64,000 nt of DNA from Cytophagales bacterium (GTDB taxonomy: Bacteria > Bacteroidota > Bacteroidia > Cytophagales > Cyclobacteriaceae): positions 7,891-71,890 of the forward strand of contig DAHVFH010000039.1 in NCBI GenBank assembly GCA_027317105.1, written 5' to 3'. The translations under genes were made by a program, and so were the position numbers. This document shows, piece after piece, positions 10,601 to 19,206 of the stretch. The first letter of the stretch is position 1, and the number at the start of each line of letters is the position of its first letter. The notes beneath the pieces were generated by a model. It saw only the letters and a list, made by a program, of their open reading frames with translations, searched no databases and had not been told where the DNA came from.

Positions 10601-11859
10601 TCTTCTTCTCGTGTGCTGTGCCGATTTAGTTCGATATAAAAATCCTCACCAAAAATTTTATGCCATCGTACAAAAGCCTCTTCGGCTTGTCGTTCGCCAA
10701 CATGTAATATTAAATGAGGGATTTCGCTGCTTAGCCCACCCGTGGTGGCGATCAACCCTTCCTTAAATTGTTCGACTAGTGCGATATCAATCCTTGGATA
10801 AAGTCCGTAAAGCCCCTCGGTAAATCCCAACGAACTTAGCGTAGATAGGTTATGGTATCCTTTCTTGTTTTTTGCAAGCAGTATCTGGGTAAATCGTTTG
10901 TCAGGATTATCCTTTGTGAATTTTGTTTTCTTTCTGTCATCCGATAAATAGAATTCACAACCCACAATGGGTTTGATGTTGTGCTTAAAGGCTTCACTTA
11001 CAAATTCAAAGGCGCCATACATGTTGCCCAGATCGGTAATAGCCACCGCGGGCATTTTTTGTTCCTTTGCCTTTAAAATCAGCCGGGTTACATCAGGGGT
11101 GGCTTGAAGCACTGAATATTGTGTGTGCACATGCAAATGACAAAATGGATGAGTAGATAGATCCACCTCCGCTCCCGATGAATAATCAATTTCTTTTTTC
11201 TTCTCTCGTTTGGCCGAGTTCCCTACTTCCAGGTTGGGTTCTTCATATTCAATTTTTGCCAAAGGCGTTTCATCAAATGGCTTCACTACTCTTTTATCCA
11301 TTAAGCCAAAAAACGAACGCGCGGTGGCGGCCACATCGTAACTGGCATCATGCGCATCTTTAAATTTCTCACCAAAAAGTATTTCATACAATTCGGTAAG
11401 CCGAGGCATTTTCAATTTTCCGCCTATACCGCCTTGGAGTTGACAGAATTCAGTGGCTGCAATGCCCGTATCCAATTTTGGTAAGGATAGAAAATACTCA
11501 TGCGGATGGGATGAACGGATTAATTCAGCCCCAATAATATTGATGTCAAATTCTATATTATGACCTACAAGCAATTTCGAGTTGGCCAAATCCTTTTCAA
11601 AAAGGGCTATTACTTTTTTAAGCTCATGTCCTTCTTCTTGGGCGCGCTTAGTAGAAATGCCATGAATCTGCTCTGCCTTGAAAGGAATGTCAAAGCCATC
11701 CGGTCTCACCAGAAAGCTTTGTTGCGCTTTCAGCTTACCGTACTGATCATGCAATTGCCAAGCTAGCTGCACCAGGCGAGGCCAGTTTTCAAGGTCGGTA
11801 AGGGGAGCGGTTTTATTATGCGGGATGCCCGTGGTTTCGGTATCGAAAATTAAATACAT
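7672..11859 (-). CDS. dnaE: DNA polymerase III alpha subunit (DnaE) with N-terminal DnaQ-like DEDDh 3'-5' exonuclease domain
   Basis: Exo I is LIFDTETTG, Exo II is VGHNIEFDINII and Exo III is HDASYDVAATA. These are followed by the PHP domain (HLHVHTQYSVLQA) and the polymerase core (GPGRGSAAGS, PDIDIDF, LKMDFLGL, YRPGPM, FNKSHS). The start is set at MYLIFDTETTG (ATG at 11859). Confidence 0.92.
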   Translation of the reverse strand: MYLIFDTETTGIPHNKTAPLTDLENWPRLVQLAWQLHDQYGKLKAQQSFLVRPDGFDIPFKAEQIHGISTKRAQEEGHELKKVIALFEKDLANSKLLVGHNIEFDINIIGAELIRSSHPHEYFLSLPKLDTGIAATEFCQLQGGIGGKLKMPRLTELYEILFGEKFKDAHDASYDVAATARSFFGLMDKRVVKPFDETPLAKIEYEEPNLEVGNSAKREKKKEIDYSSGAEVDLSTHPFCHLHVHTQYSVLQATPDVTRLILKAKEQKMPAVAITDLGNMYGAFEFVSEAFKHNIKPIVGCEFYLSDDRKKTKFTKDNPDKRFTQILLAKNKKGYHNLSTLSSLGFTEGLYGLYPRIDIALVEQFKEGLIATTGGLSSEIPHLILHVGERQAEEAFVRWHKIFGEDFYIELNRHSTREEERVNETLLKFANAYKVKYFAANECYYLEKEEANAHDVLLCIKEGEFQSTPIGSGRGTRFGLPNTEFYFKSQEEMKLLFRDRPEAIDTLSEIIDKVEKYELKRDVLLPKFEIPSAFATEDDYLKHLTYLGAKRKYVEVTSAIEERIEFELETIKKTGYPGYFLIVQDFTSKAREMGVSVGPGRGSAAGSVVAFCTGITNVDPIAYDLLFERFLNPDRVSLPDIDIDFDDEGRDKVLKYVIEKYGKNQVAQIITYGTMAAKSAIRDCARVMELPLSESNTLAKLVPERPGTTLAKAFEEVKELSEFKKGTDLKAQVLKQAVILEGSLRNTGTHACGVIITPDDLTKFVPVSKAKDGEMLITQFDNSVVESAGLLKMDFLGLTTLTIITTALRNIKKRHGIEIDIDKIPLDDLKTFQLYQRGETIGTFQFESDGMLNYLKGLKPDKFEDLIAMNALYRPGPMEYIPNFIARKNGRETIKYDLPEMEEYLKDTYGITVYQEQVMLLSQKLANFSKGDADVLRKAMGKKQIEVLDKMKPKFIEGCKKNNHDERIAEKIWKDWEAFAQYAFNKSHSTCYSLVAYQTAYLKANYPAEYMAAVLTHSQSNLDKVTFFIEECRRQGIEVLGPHVNESGVFFEVNKKGEIRFGLGAIKGTGDAAVEAIIHERDAHGTFADIFDFAKRLNQRSVNKKTFECLALSGAFDCFPQYHRRQYIAGKEGDISLSEKVIRYASKLQQETDSAQASLFGGTTGTQMPQPKIDPIEPFSEIEKLHFEKEVVGVYISGHPLDNFKFELETFTNMPVTELNDLDNKEGKDCKLGGIVSSVEHRITKTGKPFGKLSIEDYSGKYEFTMWSEDYLKYKSFLMPGLFLFIEGRVSRKTWGDMSMEFKFKSIELLNELGLKRTKGLQIKMNSVNISSELISQIESLCNEYSGACPLYLKIQDDQEKINLELLSRKFRVKPVNEMVEKFRKIKSLNLEVVS

Positions 11860-12026
11860 GCAAGTAGTGGTTGAAATGTAAAAATAGGTCAGTAATGTGA
11901 AGAACAAAACCTATCCCAATTTTGGAATAACAAGTCTTATTGGGAATAATAGCAAGATTAATTATTTCTAAATAGTTGACATACAATAATTTACAAATTG
12001 GGTATTTCATTAGCTTATGATTGAAT

Positions 12027-12155
12027 ATGAACACTTCAATTATTTTTATGAAAATGCTTTTTAGCAAAGTTTTGGACTTTATCAAGAAGGAATGGTTTCT
12101 GCTGGTTATGATAGCAACCATCGCACTGATTGTATTTCTGTTTAAGAAGCTCTAA
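12027..12155 (+). CDS. Possible small single-TM membrane protein (42 aa; below the ORF-track cutoff)
   Basis: MNTSIIFMKMLFSKVLDFIKKEWFLLVMIATIALIVFLFKKL. It has one clear hydrophobic helix and lies upstream of sdhC. There is no other support. Confidence 0.25.
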   Translation: MNTSIIFMKMLFSKVLDFIKKEWFLLVMIATIALIVFLFKKL

Positions 12156-12258
12156 AAGTCGTCAAATAGTTTTTCAACAAGACGATCACATCTGATTTAG
12201 GCAAGATTAAAATAGTATTATAAAGGCATCTTAAATTGTTTGGTAATTCTTTGACGAG

Positions 12259-12266
12259 TATTTTTG
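12259..12266 (+). promoter_or_regulatory. Candidate -7 promoter element (TATTTTTG) upstream of sdhC
   Basis: Matches TAnnTTTG, 24 nt upstream of the sdhC ATG, with a TTTG at 12239-12242. This is a motif match only. Confidence 0.25.
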
Positions 12267-12289
12267 GCTCGTTACCAAACAATTTTTCG

Positions 12290-12961
12290 ATGAAATGGCT
12301 TATTGACCTTTTTACCAGTTCCCTAGGAAGGAAACTTTTGATGGCCCTTACGGGTTTGTTTCTCATCAGTTTTCTGGTGATTCATTGCACCATAAACGCC
12401 ATGATATTTCTTAATGACGGTGGCGAGGCGTTTTCTAAGTGGGGTCATTTCATGGGCACCAACCCCATCATCCGCACATTAGAAATCGGGTTGGTGGCTG
12501 GGTTTCTCATCCACATCGTTCAAGGCCTTGCACTTTGGCGAGCAAACCACGCAGCCCGTCCAGTGAAGTATAGCGTGTCTAAGGCTCCAGCCAATGGTAC
12601 TTGGTATAGCCGTAGTATGGGTATACTCGGCACATTGCTTTTGTTGTTTTTGATCATGCACACTTCGCACTTCTGGATCCCCAACCGCACCAATCAGTTT
12701 ACGCAAGGCGAAGAGTTGCCGCTCTATAAAATGATGTTTGAAGTGTTTTCGAATCCTTGGGTTGTGTTCTTCTATGTGATTGGATGTGTGTCTTTGTTTT
12801 GGCATTTACTCCATGGATTTGCCAGCGCGTTTCAATCACTTGGCTTGAACCACTTAAAATATAATGGCATTATTTCGTTTGTAGGTACTGCCTTTTCAAT
12901 CGTTGTGCCACTGATCTTCGCCTTGATGCCGATAGCGGTTTATTTCAGATGGATAAATTAA
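12290..12961 (+). CDS. sdhC: Succinate dehydrogenase/fumarate reductase cytochrome b subunit (b558 type)
   Basis: SSLGRKLLMALTGLFLISFLVIHCTINA, five TM helices with conserved His residues, located directly upstream of sdhA/sdhB. The start was moved to MKWLIDLF (12290). Confidence 0.85.
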   Translation: MKWLIDLFTSSLGRKLLMALTGLFLISFLVIHCTINAMIFLNDGGEAFSKWGHFMGTNPIIRTLEIGLVAGFLIHIVQGLALWRANHAARPVKYSVSKAPANGTWYSRSMGILGTLLLLFLIMHTSHFWIPNRTNQFTQGEELPLYKMMFEVFSNPWVVFFYVIGCVSLFWHLLHGFASAFQSLGLNHLKYNGIISFVGTAFSIVVPLIFALMPIAVYFRWIN

Positions 12962-13085
12962 TTCAACACTAGATTTTATTTAATAAGACATTATTGAAAT
13001 ATGAAATGGCCATTAAGATACTCTACATCAAACGGTATGATGATCTCGGCCATTCCATGTGACCACTAAAAACAATGATTAACAC

Positions 13086-15011
13086 ATGAAACTCGAATCC
13101 AAAGTTCCGGAAGGCCCATTGGCTGAAAAATGGACAAAACATAAATTCAATTTAAAGTTGGTCAACCCGGCCAACAAAAGGAAATACGAAATTATTGTGG
13201 TGGGCACGGGCTTGGCAGGCGCTTCTGCAGCCGCTTCCCTCGCTGAGTTGGGATACAATGTAAAAGCATTTTGCTTTCAGGATAGTCCACGCAGGGCACA
13301 TAGCATTGCCGCCCAGGGAGGAATAAATGCTGCGAAGAATTATCAAAATGATGGAGATAGCGTTTACCGTTTGTTCTATGACACAATCAAAGGTGGTGAC
13401 TATCGGTCAAGAGAAGGCAATGTATATCGACTGGCCGAAGTAAGTGTAAATATTATCGATCAATGTGTTGCACAAGGCGTGCCGTTTGCTCGTGAATATG
13501 GTGGCCTTTTGGCAAACCGTTCTTTTGGCGGTGCGCAAGTTTCAAGAACATTTTATGCCCGCGGTCAAACCGGACAGCAGTTATTGTTAGGTGCCTATAG
13601 CGCGTTGAACCGTCAGATTGCCAACGGCAAAGTAAAAATGCACACCCGCACTGAAATGTTGGATGTAGTGGTGGTGGATGGAAAAACGCGCGGAATCATT
13701 ACCCGCGATTTAGTTACAGGCAAAATTGAGTCGCATAGTGGACATGCCGTATTGCTTTGCACTGGCGGTTATGGTAATGTGTTTTATCTCTCCACCAACG
13801 CAAAGGGATCTAACGTAACCGCGGCTTGGCGGGCGCATAAAAAAGGGGCTTTGTTTGGCAATCCTTGTTTCACACAAATTCATCCCACTTGCATACCCGT
13901 TTCGGGCGATCATCAATCAAAGTTGACGTTGATGTCAGAATCATTGCGCAATGACGGACGGGTATGGGTTCCGAAAACTGCCCATAAGGGATTGAAGGCT
14001 AAGGAAGCCGCTTCCATTCCCGAAGGCGATCGCGACTATTTCCTGGAGCGCAAGTATCCCTCTTTTGGAAATCTTGTTCCTCGTGATGTGGCTTCGAGAA
14101 ATGCAAAAATGATGTGCGATGAAGGGCGAGGTGTTGGCGCAACCGGGCTGGCGGTATTTCTTGATTTCTCGGATGCGATCAAACGCGATGGCAAGGATTT
14201 GATATCGGCCAAATATGGTAACTTGTTTGACATGTACAAGCAAATCACCGGTGACGATCCCTACCAGATGCCGATGATGATTTTTCCGGCTGTGCATTAT
14301 ACCATGGGAGGCCTTTGGGTGGACTATAATTTGATGACTAACGTTCCTGGCCTTTATGCATTGGGGGAAGCCAATTTTACTGATCATGGAGCAAACCGGC
14401 TAGGAGCAAGCGCACTCATGCAGGGATTGGCCGATGGGTATTTTGTAATTCCGTACACAATAGGCGATTACTTAGCTAACATTGGTTGGAACGATAAAGT
14501 AGGTACGGATCATCCTGCTTTTAAAGAGGCGATCGACAAGGTTAATGATCGGGTCACTAAACTACTCTCGATTAAAGGGAAAAAGACTGTGGATGAATTT
14601 CACCGCGAACTTGGCTTGACCATGTGGGAATACTGCGGCATGTCGCGTAACGAGGAAGGTTTAAAAACGGCAAAAAAGAAAATCCAGGAACTCCGGGAAG
14701 AATTCTGGAAGAATGTAGACGTGGTGGGCAGTGCCAACGAACTGAACATGGAATTGGAGAAGGCTGGCCGGGTAGCTGATTTTATGGAATTGGGTGAACT
14801 GATGGTAGATGATGCGCTGAACCGCTCAGAATCCTGTGGTGGTCACTTCCGTGAAGAATCACAAACGCCTGAAGGGGAAGCCTTACGAAAGGATGATGAA
14901 TTCAGCTTTGTCTCTGCTTGGGAATACAAAGGCGACAATCAACCTGAAGAGTTGCATAAAGAAGAATTGCGTTTTGAAAATGTTAAGTTGACGCAGCGTA
15001 GTTATAAATAA
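13086..15011 (+). CDS. sdhA: Succinate dehydrogenase/fumarate reductase flavoprotein subunit
   Basis: FAD-binding [12 protein letters not shown], the covalent-FAD His region [14 protein letters not shown], and HYTMGGL. Confidence 0.95.
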   Translation: MKLESKVPEGPLAEKWTKHKFNLKLVNPANKRKYEIIVVGTGLAGASAAASLAELGYNVKAFCFQDSPRRAHSIAAQGGINAAKNYQNDGDSVYRLFYDTIKGGDYRSREGNVYRLAEVSVNIIDQCVAQGVPFAREYGGLLANRSFGGAQVSRTFYARGQTGQQLLLGAYSALNRQIANGKVKMHTRTEMLDVVVVDGKTRGIITRDLVTGKIESHSGHAVLLCTGGYGNVFYLSTNAKGSNVTAAWRAHKKGALFGNPCFTQIHPTCIPVSGDHQSKLTLMSESLRNDGRVWVPKTAHKGLKAKEAASIPEGDRDYFLERKYPSFGNLVPRDVASRNAKMMCDEGRGVGATGLAVFLDFSDAIKRDGKDLISAKYGNLFDMYKQITGDDPYQMPMMIFPAVHYTMGGLWVDYNLMTNVPGLYALGEANFTDHGANRLGASALMQGLADGYFVIPYTIGDYLANIGWNDKVGTDHPAFKEAIDKVNDRVTKLLSIKGKKTVDEFHRELGLTMWEYCGMSRNEEGLKTAKKKIQELREEFWKNVDVVGSANELNMELEKAGRVADFMELGELMVDDALNRSESCGGHFREESQTPEGEALRKDDEFSFVSAWEYKGDNQPEELHKEELRFENVKLTQRSYK

Positions 15012-15059
15012 TGTGTGTATGTGTTTAGGTGTTGACGTTCTGGATGTGTTGATGTTTTT
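15012..15059. repeat. Degenerate GT-rich ~16-nt tandem units in the sdhA-sdhB spacer
   Basis: TGTGTGTATGTGTTTAGGTGTTGACGTTCTGGATGTGTTGATGTTTTT. It shares GTGTTGACGTT and GATGTGTTGAYGTTTT with the argG-argC spacer at 59661-59715. Confidence 0.5.
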
Positions 15060-15123
15060 GAATTAAACCTTAAACTTTCAACAACTATTAACGATTAACT
15101 GATAACCAATAAAGATAAAGGAA

Positions 15124-15891
15124 ATGAAGATTACATTGAAGGTTTGGAGACAAAAAAGCAGGACAGCCAAAGGTGAGTTCAAGACTTATCAGGCAGATCA
15201 TGTTTCTTCTGATATGTCGTTCCTTGAAATGCTGGATGTATTAAATACCAGCCTGATTAAAAAAGGGGAGGAGCCGATTCATTTTGATCACGATTGCCGT
15301 GAAGGCATTTGTGGCATGTGTAGTTTGTATATCAACGGCCATCCGCACGGCCCACTTCAAACCACTACTTGCCAGTTGCACATGCGTTCTTTCCACGATG
15401 GACAAACGATTACCGTGGAACCCTGGCGCGCAAAGGCGTTCCCAATCATTAAAGATCTTGTTGTCGATCGTTCAGCCTTTGATCGGATTCAACAAGCCGG
15501 AGGCTATGTGAGTGTAAGCACCGGAGGCGTTCCGGATGCCAACGAAATTGCCATTCCTAAGAAAATAGCTGACGAGGCATTTGATTCTGCGGCTTGTATA
15601 GGTTGCGGTGCCTGTGTGGCCGCCTGTAAAAATGCTTCCGCCATGTTGTTTGTCAGTGCTAAAGTTTCACAATTGGCATTGTTGCCACAAGGCCATGCCG
15701 AACGCAAAGAACGGGTAGAGAAAATGGTCGCTCAAATGGATGCTGAAGATTTTGGTGCTTGCACCAATACCCGTGCCTGCGAGGCCGAATGCCCTAAGGC
15801 GATTTCTGTTACCAATATAGCCCGAATGAACCGCGAATATTTCTCTGCGGTGTTCAGCAGTTATGAAGTTACGGTTGGGGGAGGGGATTAG
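15124..15891 (+). CDS. sdhB: Succinate dehydrogenase/fumarate reductase iron-sulfur subunit
   Basis: 2Fe-2S cluster [10 protein letters not shown], 4Fe-4S/3Fe-4S clusters [11 protein letters not shown] and [12 protein letters not shown]. Confidence 0.95.
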   Translation: MKITLKVWRQKSRTAKGEFKTYQADHVSSDMSFLEMLDVLNTSLIKKGEEPIHFDHDCREGICGMCSLYINGHPHGPLQTTTCQLHMRSFHDGQTITVEPWRAKAFPIIKDLVVDRSAFDRIQQAGGYVSVSTGGVPDANEIAIPKKIADEAFDSAACIGCGACVAACKNASAMLFVSAKVSQLALLPQGHAERKERVEKMVAQMDAEDFGACTNTRACEAECPKAISVTNIARMNREYFSAVFSSYEVTVGGGD

Positions 15892-15967
15892 ATTTTTTTA
15901 TCAAACTTAAATAATGAATGAAATAAAAAATGATCAAATGATTATTCGAAGCAACTAATAAATCAAA

Positions 15968-16324
15968 TTACTTCACCAACCCTAACTTGTGTTGCCAAAC
16001 ACCCGCAATACTTTGTGCACGGCTTTTCACCTCTTCGGCCGTTGTGCCTGCAAAATTTTCATCCACCGTTAGCTTGAATAATTCTAGCCAGCGTTGGAAA
16101 TGCGAGGATTCAATCTTTAGCGGAATATGTTTTTGAAATGGATTACCCTGATAGCTGTGATCGCCCAATAACATGGATGACCAGAAATTGTACATCACAG
16201 GAAGGTGTTTTGGCCAATCCACATGGCTGAAGACCGGAGCGAGCAACGCATCGGCCTGGACTTTCGCATAAAATAGCTGGACCAATAATTCAATGTGAGG
16301 TCGGGATTGGATATCACTTACCAT
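15968..16324 (-). CDS. Group III truncated haemoglobin
   Basis: 118 aa. LFYAKVQADALLAPVF..W..HL..MYNFWSSMLLGDHSYQGNPFQKH...F..WLELF closely follows the pattern of Campylobacter Ctb-type trHb. Confidence 0.75.
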   Translation of the reverse strand: MVSDIQSRPHIELLVQLFYAKVQADALLAPVFSHVDWPKHLPVMYNFWSSMLLGDHSYQGNPFQKHIPLKIESSHFQRWLELFKLTVDENFAGTTAEEVKSRAQSIAGVWQHKLGLVK

Positions 16325-16645
16325 TTATAGCATTTTTTCTTTCACGATCATAAATACATTCTCCTGCGCGATTCCAATTACTTCGTGCTCTTCATTCACA
16401 GGAATTTGATAGGTGTCCATTTCAGAAAACTTTAGGTCCATAGAATTTATATGGAAGAGAATTTCACCTTTGAGTACGGTTAGTAAGGCCGGCACTGAGG
16501 TTTTATGTTTAGCGAGGACTTGGCCTTTCACTAAACCCACGGCAAAGATATTCAATATGGCTGAATTGCTTATAGACAAGGTCGCGGGTTTTAGCGGGTT
16601 GAATTTAATTTCGGAATAGATGTTCATCATTTTAATAGTAAACAA
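16325..16645 (-). CDS. Cupin-domain protein
   Basis: 106 aa with a small beta-barrel pattern (LTVLKGEILFHIN...YQIPVNEEHEV). Abuts the trHb gene and overlaps the upstream membrane-protein gene. Confidence 0.55.
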   Translation of the reverse strand: MFTIKMMNIYSEIKFNPLKPATLSISNSAILNIFAVGLVKGQVLAKHKTSVPALLTVLKGEILFHINSMDLKFSEMDTYQIPVNEEHEVIGIAQENVFMIVKEKML

Positions 16646-17066
16646 ATCTGAAACTTAGGCCTGTGATGACAAAGCTTATGGCAAGAATAGTAGCCATAAT
16701 AATATGGAAGGCAAGGTTAGGCAACTGCTGCACGGTTAGCTTTGGAATGATAAACAACCTTGCATGAATGGCAAACCCGATGGTGGCTACCAATAACATA
16801 ATCTTGACCCACAAATAAATGTGGTGTGGTGTTGATAGTGACCACCAATTATGAAAGGGGACATATTGCATGGCCATCCAAAAGCCAGTAACTACCTGAA
16901 GGAGTAGAGCGGGTATCCCCACCCGCTCATATTGTTTTTCAAAATCTAAAATTATATTAATGTTCTTTTCTTTCATGGCTTTAGGAAGAAAAGCCAGTGA
17001 CAAAATGAGGTGGCCTCCTGCCCAAACGGCAGCACCCAATACATGGAATAAAACGAGCCACTTCAT
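16632..17066 (-). CDS. CopD/HemJ-like four-helix membrane protein
   Basis: MKWLVLFHVLGAAVWAGGHLIL resembles the conserved His-containing first helix of the CopD/HemJ superfamily. 4 TM helices, 144 aa. Confidence 0.5.
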   Translation of the reverse strand: MKWLVLFHVLGAAVWAGGHLILSLAFLPKAMKEKNINIILDFEKQYERVGIPALLLQVVTGFWMAMQYVPFHNWWSLSTPHHIYLWVKIMLLVATIGFAIHARLFIIPKLTVQQLPNLAFHIIMATILAISFVITGLSFRFVYY

Positions 17067-17075
17067 TTGCTTGAG

Positions 17076-17648
17076 TTATTTTTTTGTCGGAGGCAACAAT
17101 ACCCCATCAATTACATAAACCACTCCGTTTGACGCGGGAACAGTGGCCACGATGTTTGCACCGTTTACGGTGTACTTTCCATCTTTTACGCTAATGGTGA
17201 TGTCATCCAAATTTACTTGGTTTATCTTTTGGCCGTCTTTCAAGTTTTCTAATTTGTAAACACCAACTGAAACATGGTATTCTAAAATATTCCGCAAGGC
17301 ATCTTTGCTCTCTGGTTTCAATAGACCTTCAACGGTACCAGCAGGCAACTTGTCAAAGGCAGCGTTAGTAGGTGCAAAAACGGTAAACGGCCCGGCATTC
17401 GATAATGCATCTACATAGCCGGCTGTCTTTAATGCGGTAACCAACGTAGTGTGATCGGCAGAGCCTACGGCAACACCCACTACATTCTTTTCAGAGACAT
17501 CATCTTTTACAGTTGATTGACCGATTTGATCAGGAACGCTTGCTGCAGAGGTGGTAGCTTCATCTTCTTGAGTTTTCCCACTGTTGCAGGCGGTGATTAG
17601 CATCGCAATGAACATAGCCGTAGCTAAGGCGTTTATTTTCGTTTTCAT
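17076..17648 (-). CDS. Fasciclin (FAS1) domain lipoprotein
   Basis: Lipobox LITAC. FAS1 motifs TVFAPTNAAFDKLP and NGVVYVIDGVLLP. Confidence 0.85.
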   Translation of the reverse strand: MKTKINALATAMFIAMLITACNSGKTQEDEATTSAASVPDQIGQSTVKDDVSEKNVVGVAVGSADHTTLVTALKTAGYVDALSNAGPFTVFAPTNAAFDKLPAGTVEGLLKPESKDALRNILEYHVSVGVYKLENLKDGQKINQVNLDDITISVKDGKYTVNGANIVATVPASNGVVYVIDGVLLPPTKK

Positions 17649-17719
17649 GGTGTTGAATTTTAATTTTTGGAATTTGATTTTAGTTAGTCGGTGATTTTAT
17701 TTAATCTATATTTTATGAG

Positions 17720-18487
17720 TCAAATGTCTTTTTTTAGAAATACTTTTATGGATATTAGAAATGGAATAATTACCCACAGCCCCAACACACCAAGTGAATA
17801 AAGGATACCTAAACTACTGCCAAAGAAATTTTTGTAAAACGCGCCAGTGTATCCCATGAGCGCAGAAATATCGAGTTTGAGTAAAATCACAATTCGCGCA
17901 AGATCAACAGGATTAAGGGAAACCAACATCAGCGTAATTTTCTCTAAAGGGTAGTCACTGAAAGAGTAAATGATGTAGAGTAATAGGCCATCGTAAATCA
18001 GCGAAAAATAAAACCAAAACAATAAGGCTACACCAATTCCTTTAGCCTTATCGCGTGTGCTGATGGAAGCGGCAAAGCCAAGTGCCACGAAAACCAGGGT
18101 GAGCATCAGCCCCGATAGAATCAGCACCATAGATTCTGCGCTGTTGTTTAACAACAATACCGGTATGCCGATGCCTACGAGATAGGAAGTGCAAAGTGCA
18201 GCCGACACGGCAATAAATTCACTTGCAAAAATGGCCTTTCGATTTATGGGTTGGGATAGCATCAATTCAATAAATTCATACGAATTGAAAAAATGGATCG
18301 TAGTGAAAATGATGCTCACTAACGGCACCACCATCAAAATAATATTCAACAAACTTAGCGTGGCTTTGCTGCTATCGCTGTCAAGGGAGAACATGCTTAA
18401 CGATACGAGCAACAGAAAGAAAGTATAAAACAGGACAAACCGATTTCGTAGAATGTCAAGCAATGCATATTTCGCAATCTTCATCAT
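17720..18487 (-). CDS. nosY: ABC-2 type permease NosY
   Basis: 255-aa protein with 6 TM helices, immediately downstream of and overlapping the nosF-like ATPase within the nosZ-L-D-F-Y order. Confidence 0.8.
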   Translation of the reverse strand: MMKIAKYALLDILRNRFVLFYTFFLLLVSLSMFSLDSDSSKATLSLLNIILMVVPLVSIIFTTIHFFNSYEFIELMLSQPINRKAIFASEFIAVSAALCTSYLVGIGIPVLLLNNSAESMVLILSGLMLTLVFVALGFAASISTRDKAKGIGVALLFWFYFSLIYDGLLLYIIYSFSDYPLEKITLMLVSLNPVDLARIVILLKLDISALMGYTGAFYKNFFGSSLGILYSLGVLGLWVIIPFLISIKVFLKKDI

Positions 18488-19206
18488 AGGGCAAACTCGG
18501 TTTGATTTTGTTTCATCATGGAAGCAATGGCCTTCCCTAATTTTTCTTCTCCGGTTTGTTCTTTCAGGTTTTCAATGCTATTGTCGCACAGCAATTTGCC
18601 ATCTTCGAGGCAAAGCAAATGCGTGGACAGTTCGTCCAGATCGCTGAGGATGTGTGAAGAGATAATAAATACTTTTTCTTTCTTTTTTCCTGAAAGGATT
18701 TTTTCTTTGATAATTTCCACCGCAATGGGATCTAAACCGGCAGTAGGCTCATCCAATATAAGAATGGCAGGATCAAACAAAAATGCCAGGGCGGCACTTA
18801 CTTTTTGTCGCGTGCCACCGGACAACGTGTGCATACGCTTGTCGGCTATTTTGCGGAGGCCAAATTCATTGATGAGATCATCATCGGTAGTTACTTGAGC
18901 AGGCCGGATATCTAAAATCATGTCCAGCAACTGGCCAATTTTCATGTTATCAGGATAGCGTCCGATTTGGGGCATGTAGCCGATGTTCTCACGATACTCC
19001 CATTTTCCTAAAATGGGTTCGTCATTCACTAAAATGTAGCCGTCATCCTGGATCACCATTCCTAAGATACATTTGATAAGCGTGGTTTTGCCTGAGCCAT
19101 TCGGCCCAACGAGGGCATAGGAAATGCCCCCTTCCAGGCGCGTACTGATTTTTTGCAGCACGTTTAGTTTTCCGAAATTCTTTGTTAGTTCATGAACTAA
19201 TATCAT
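18484..19206 (-). CDS. nosF: ABC transporter ATP-binding protein NosF
   Basis: Walker A GPNGSGKTT, signature LSGGTRQK, Walker B ILILDEP. Located between nosD and nosY. Confidence 0.88.
   Translation of the reverse strand: MILVHELTKNFGKLNVLQKISTRLEGGISYALVGPNGSGKTTLIKCILGMVIQDDGYILVNDEPILGKWEYRENIGYMPQIGRYPDNMKIGQLLDMILDIRPAQVTTDDDLINEFGLRKIADKRMHTLSGGTRQKVSAALAFLFDPAILILDEPTAGLDPIAVEIIKEKILSGKKKEKVFIISSHILSDLDELSTHLLCLEDGKLLCDNSIENLKEQTGEEKLGKAIASMMKQNQTEFAL

Noticed and set aside
8043-11766. Numerous 60-145-aa ORFs on both strands inside the dnaE gene (for example 8809-9246, 9410-9847, 10452-10766).
   Set aside because: They are fully embedded in, or antisense to, a 1395-aa ORF with unambiguous DnaE motifs. 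Their low-complexity or Ser/Arg/Leu-rich translations are typical of shadow ORFs.
11816-12121. 101-aa minus-strand ORF in the dnaE-sdhC intergenic region.
   Set aside because: It overlaps the dnaE 5' end, is extremely AT-rich and Ile/Asn/Lys/Phe-rich, and has no motif. It is more likely promoter DNA. The only plausible small gene here is the 42-aa + strand TM peptide, listed with low confidence.
12962-13085. 124-bp sdhC-sdhA spacer containing a 22-codon ORF (MKWPLRYSTSNGMMISAIPCDH).
   Set aside because: It is too short, has no hydrophobic or conserved character and no supporting signal. I treat it as spacer.
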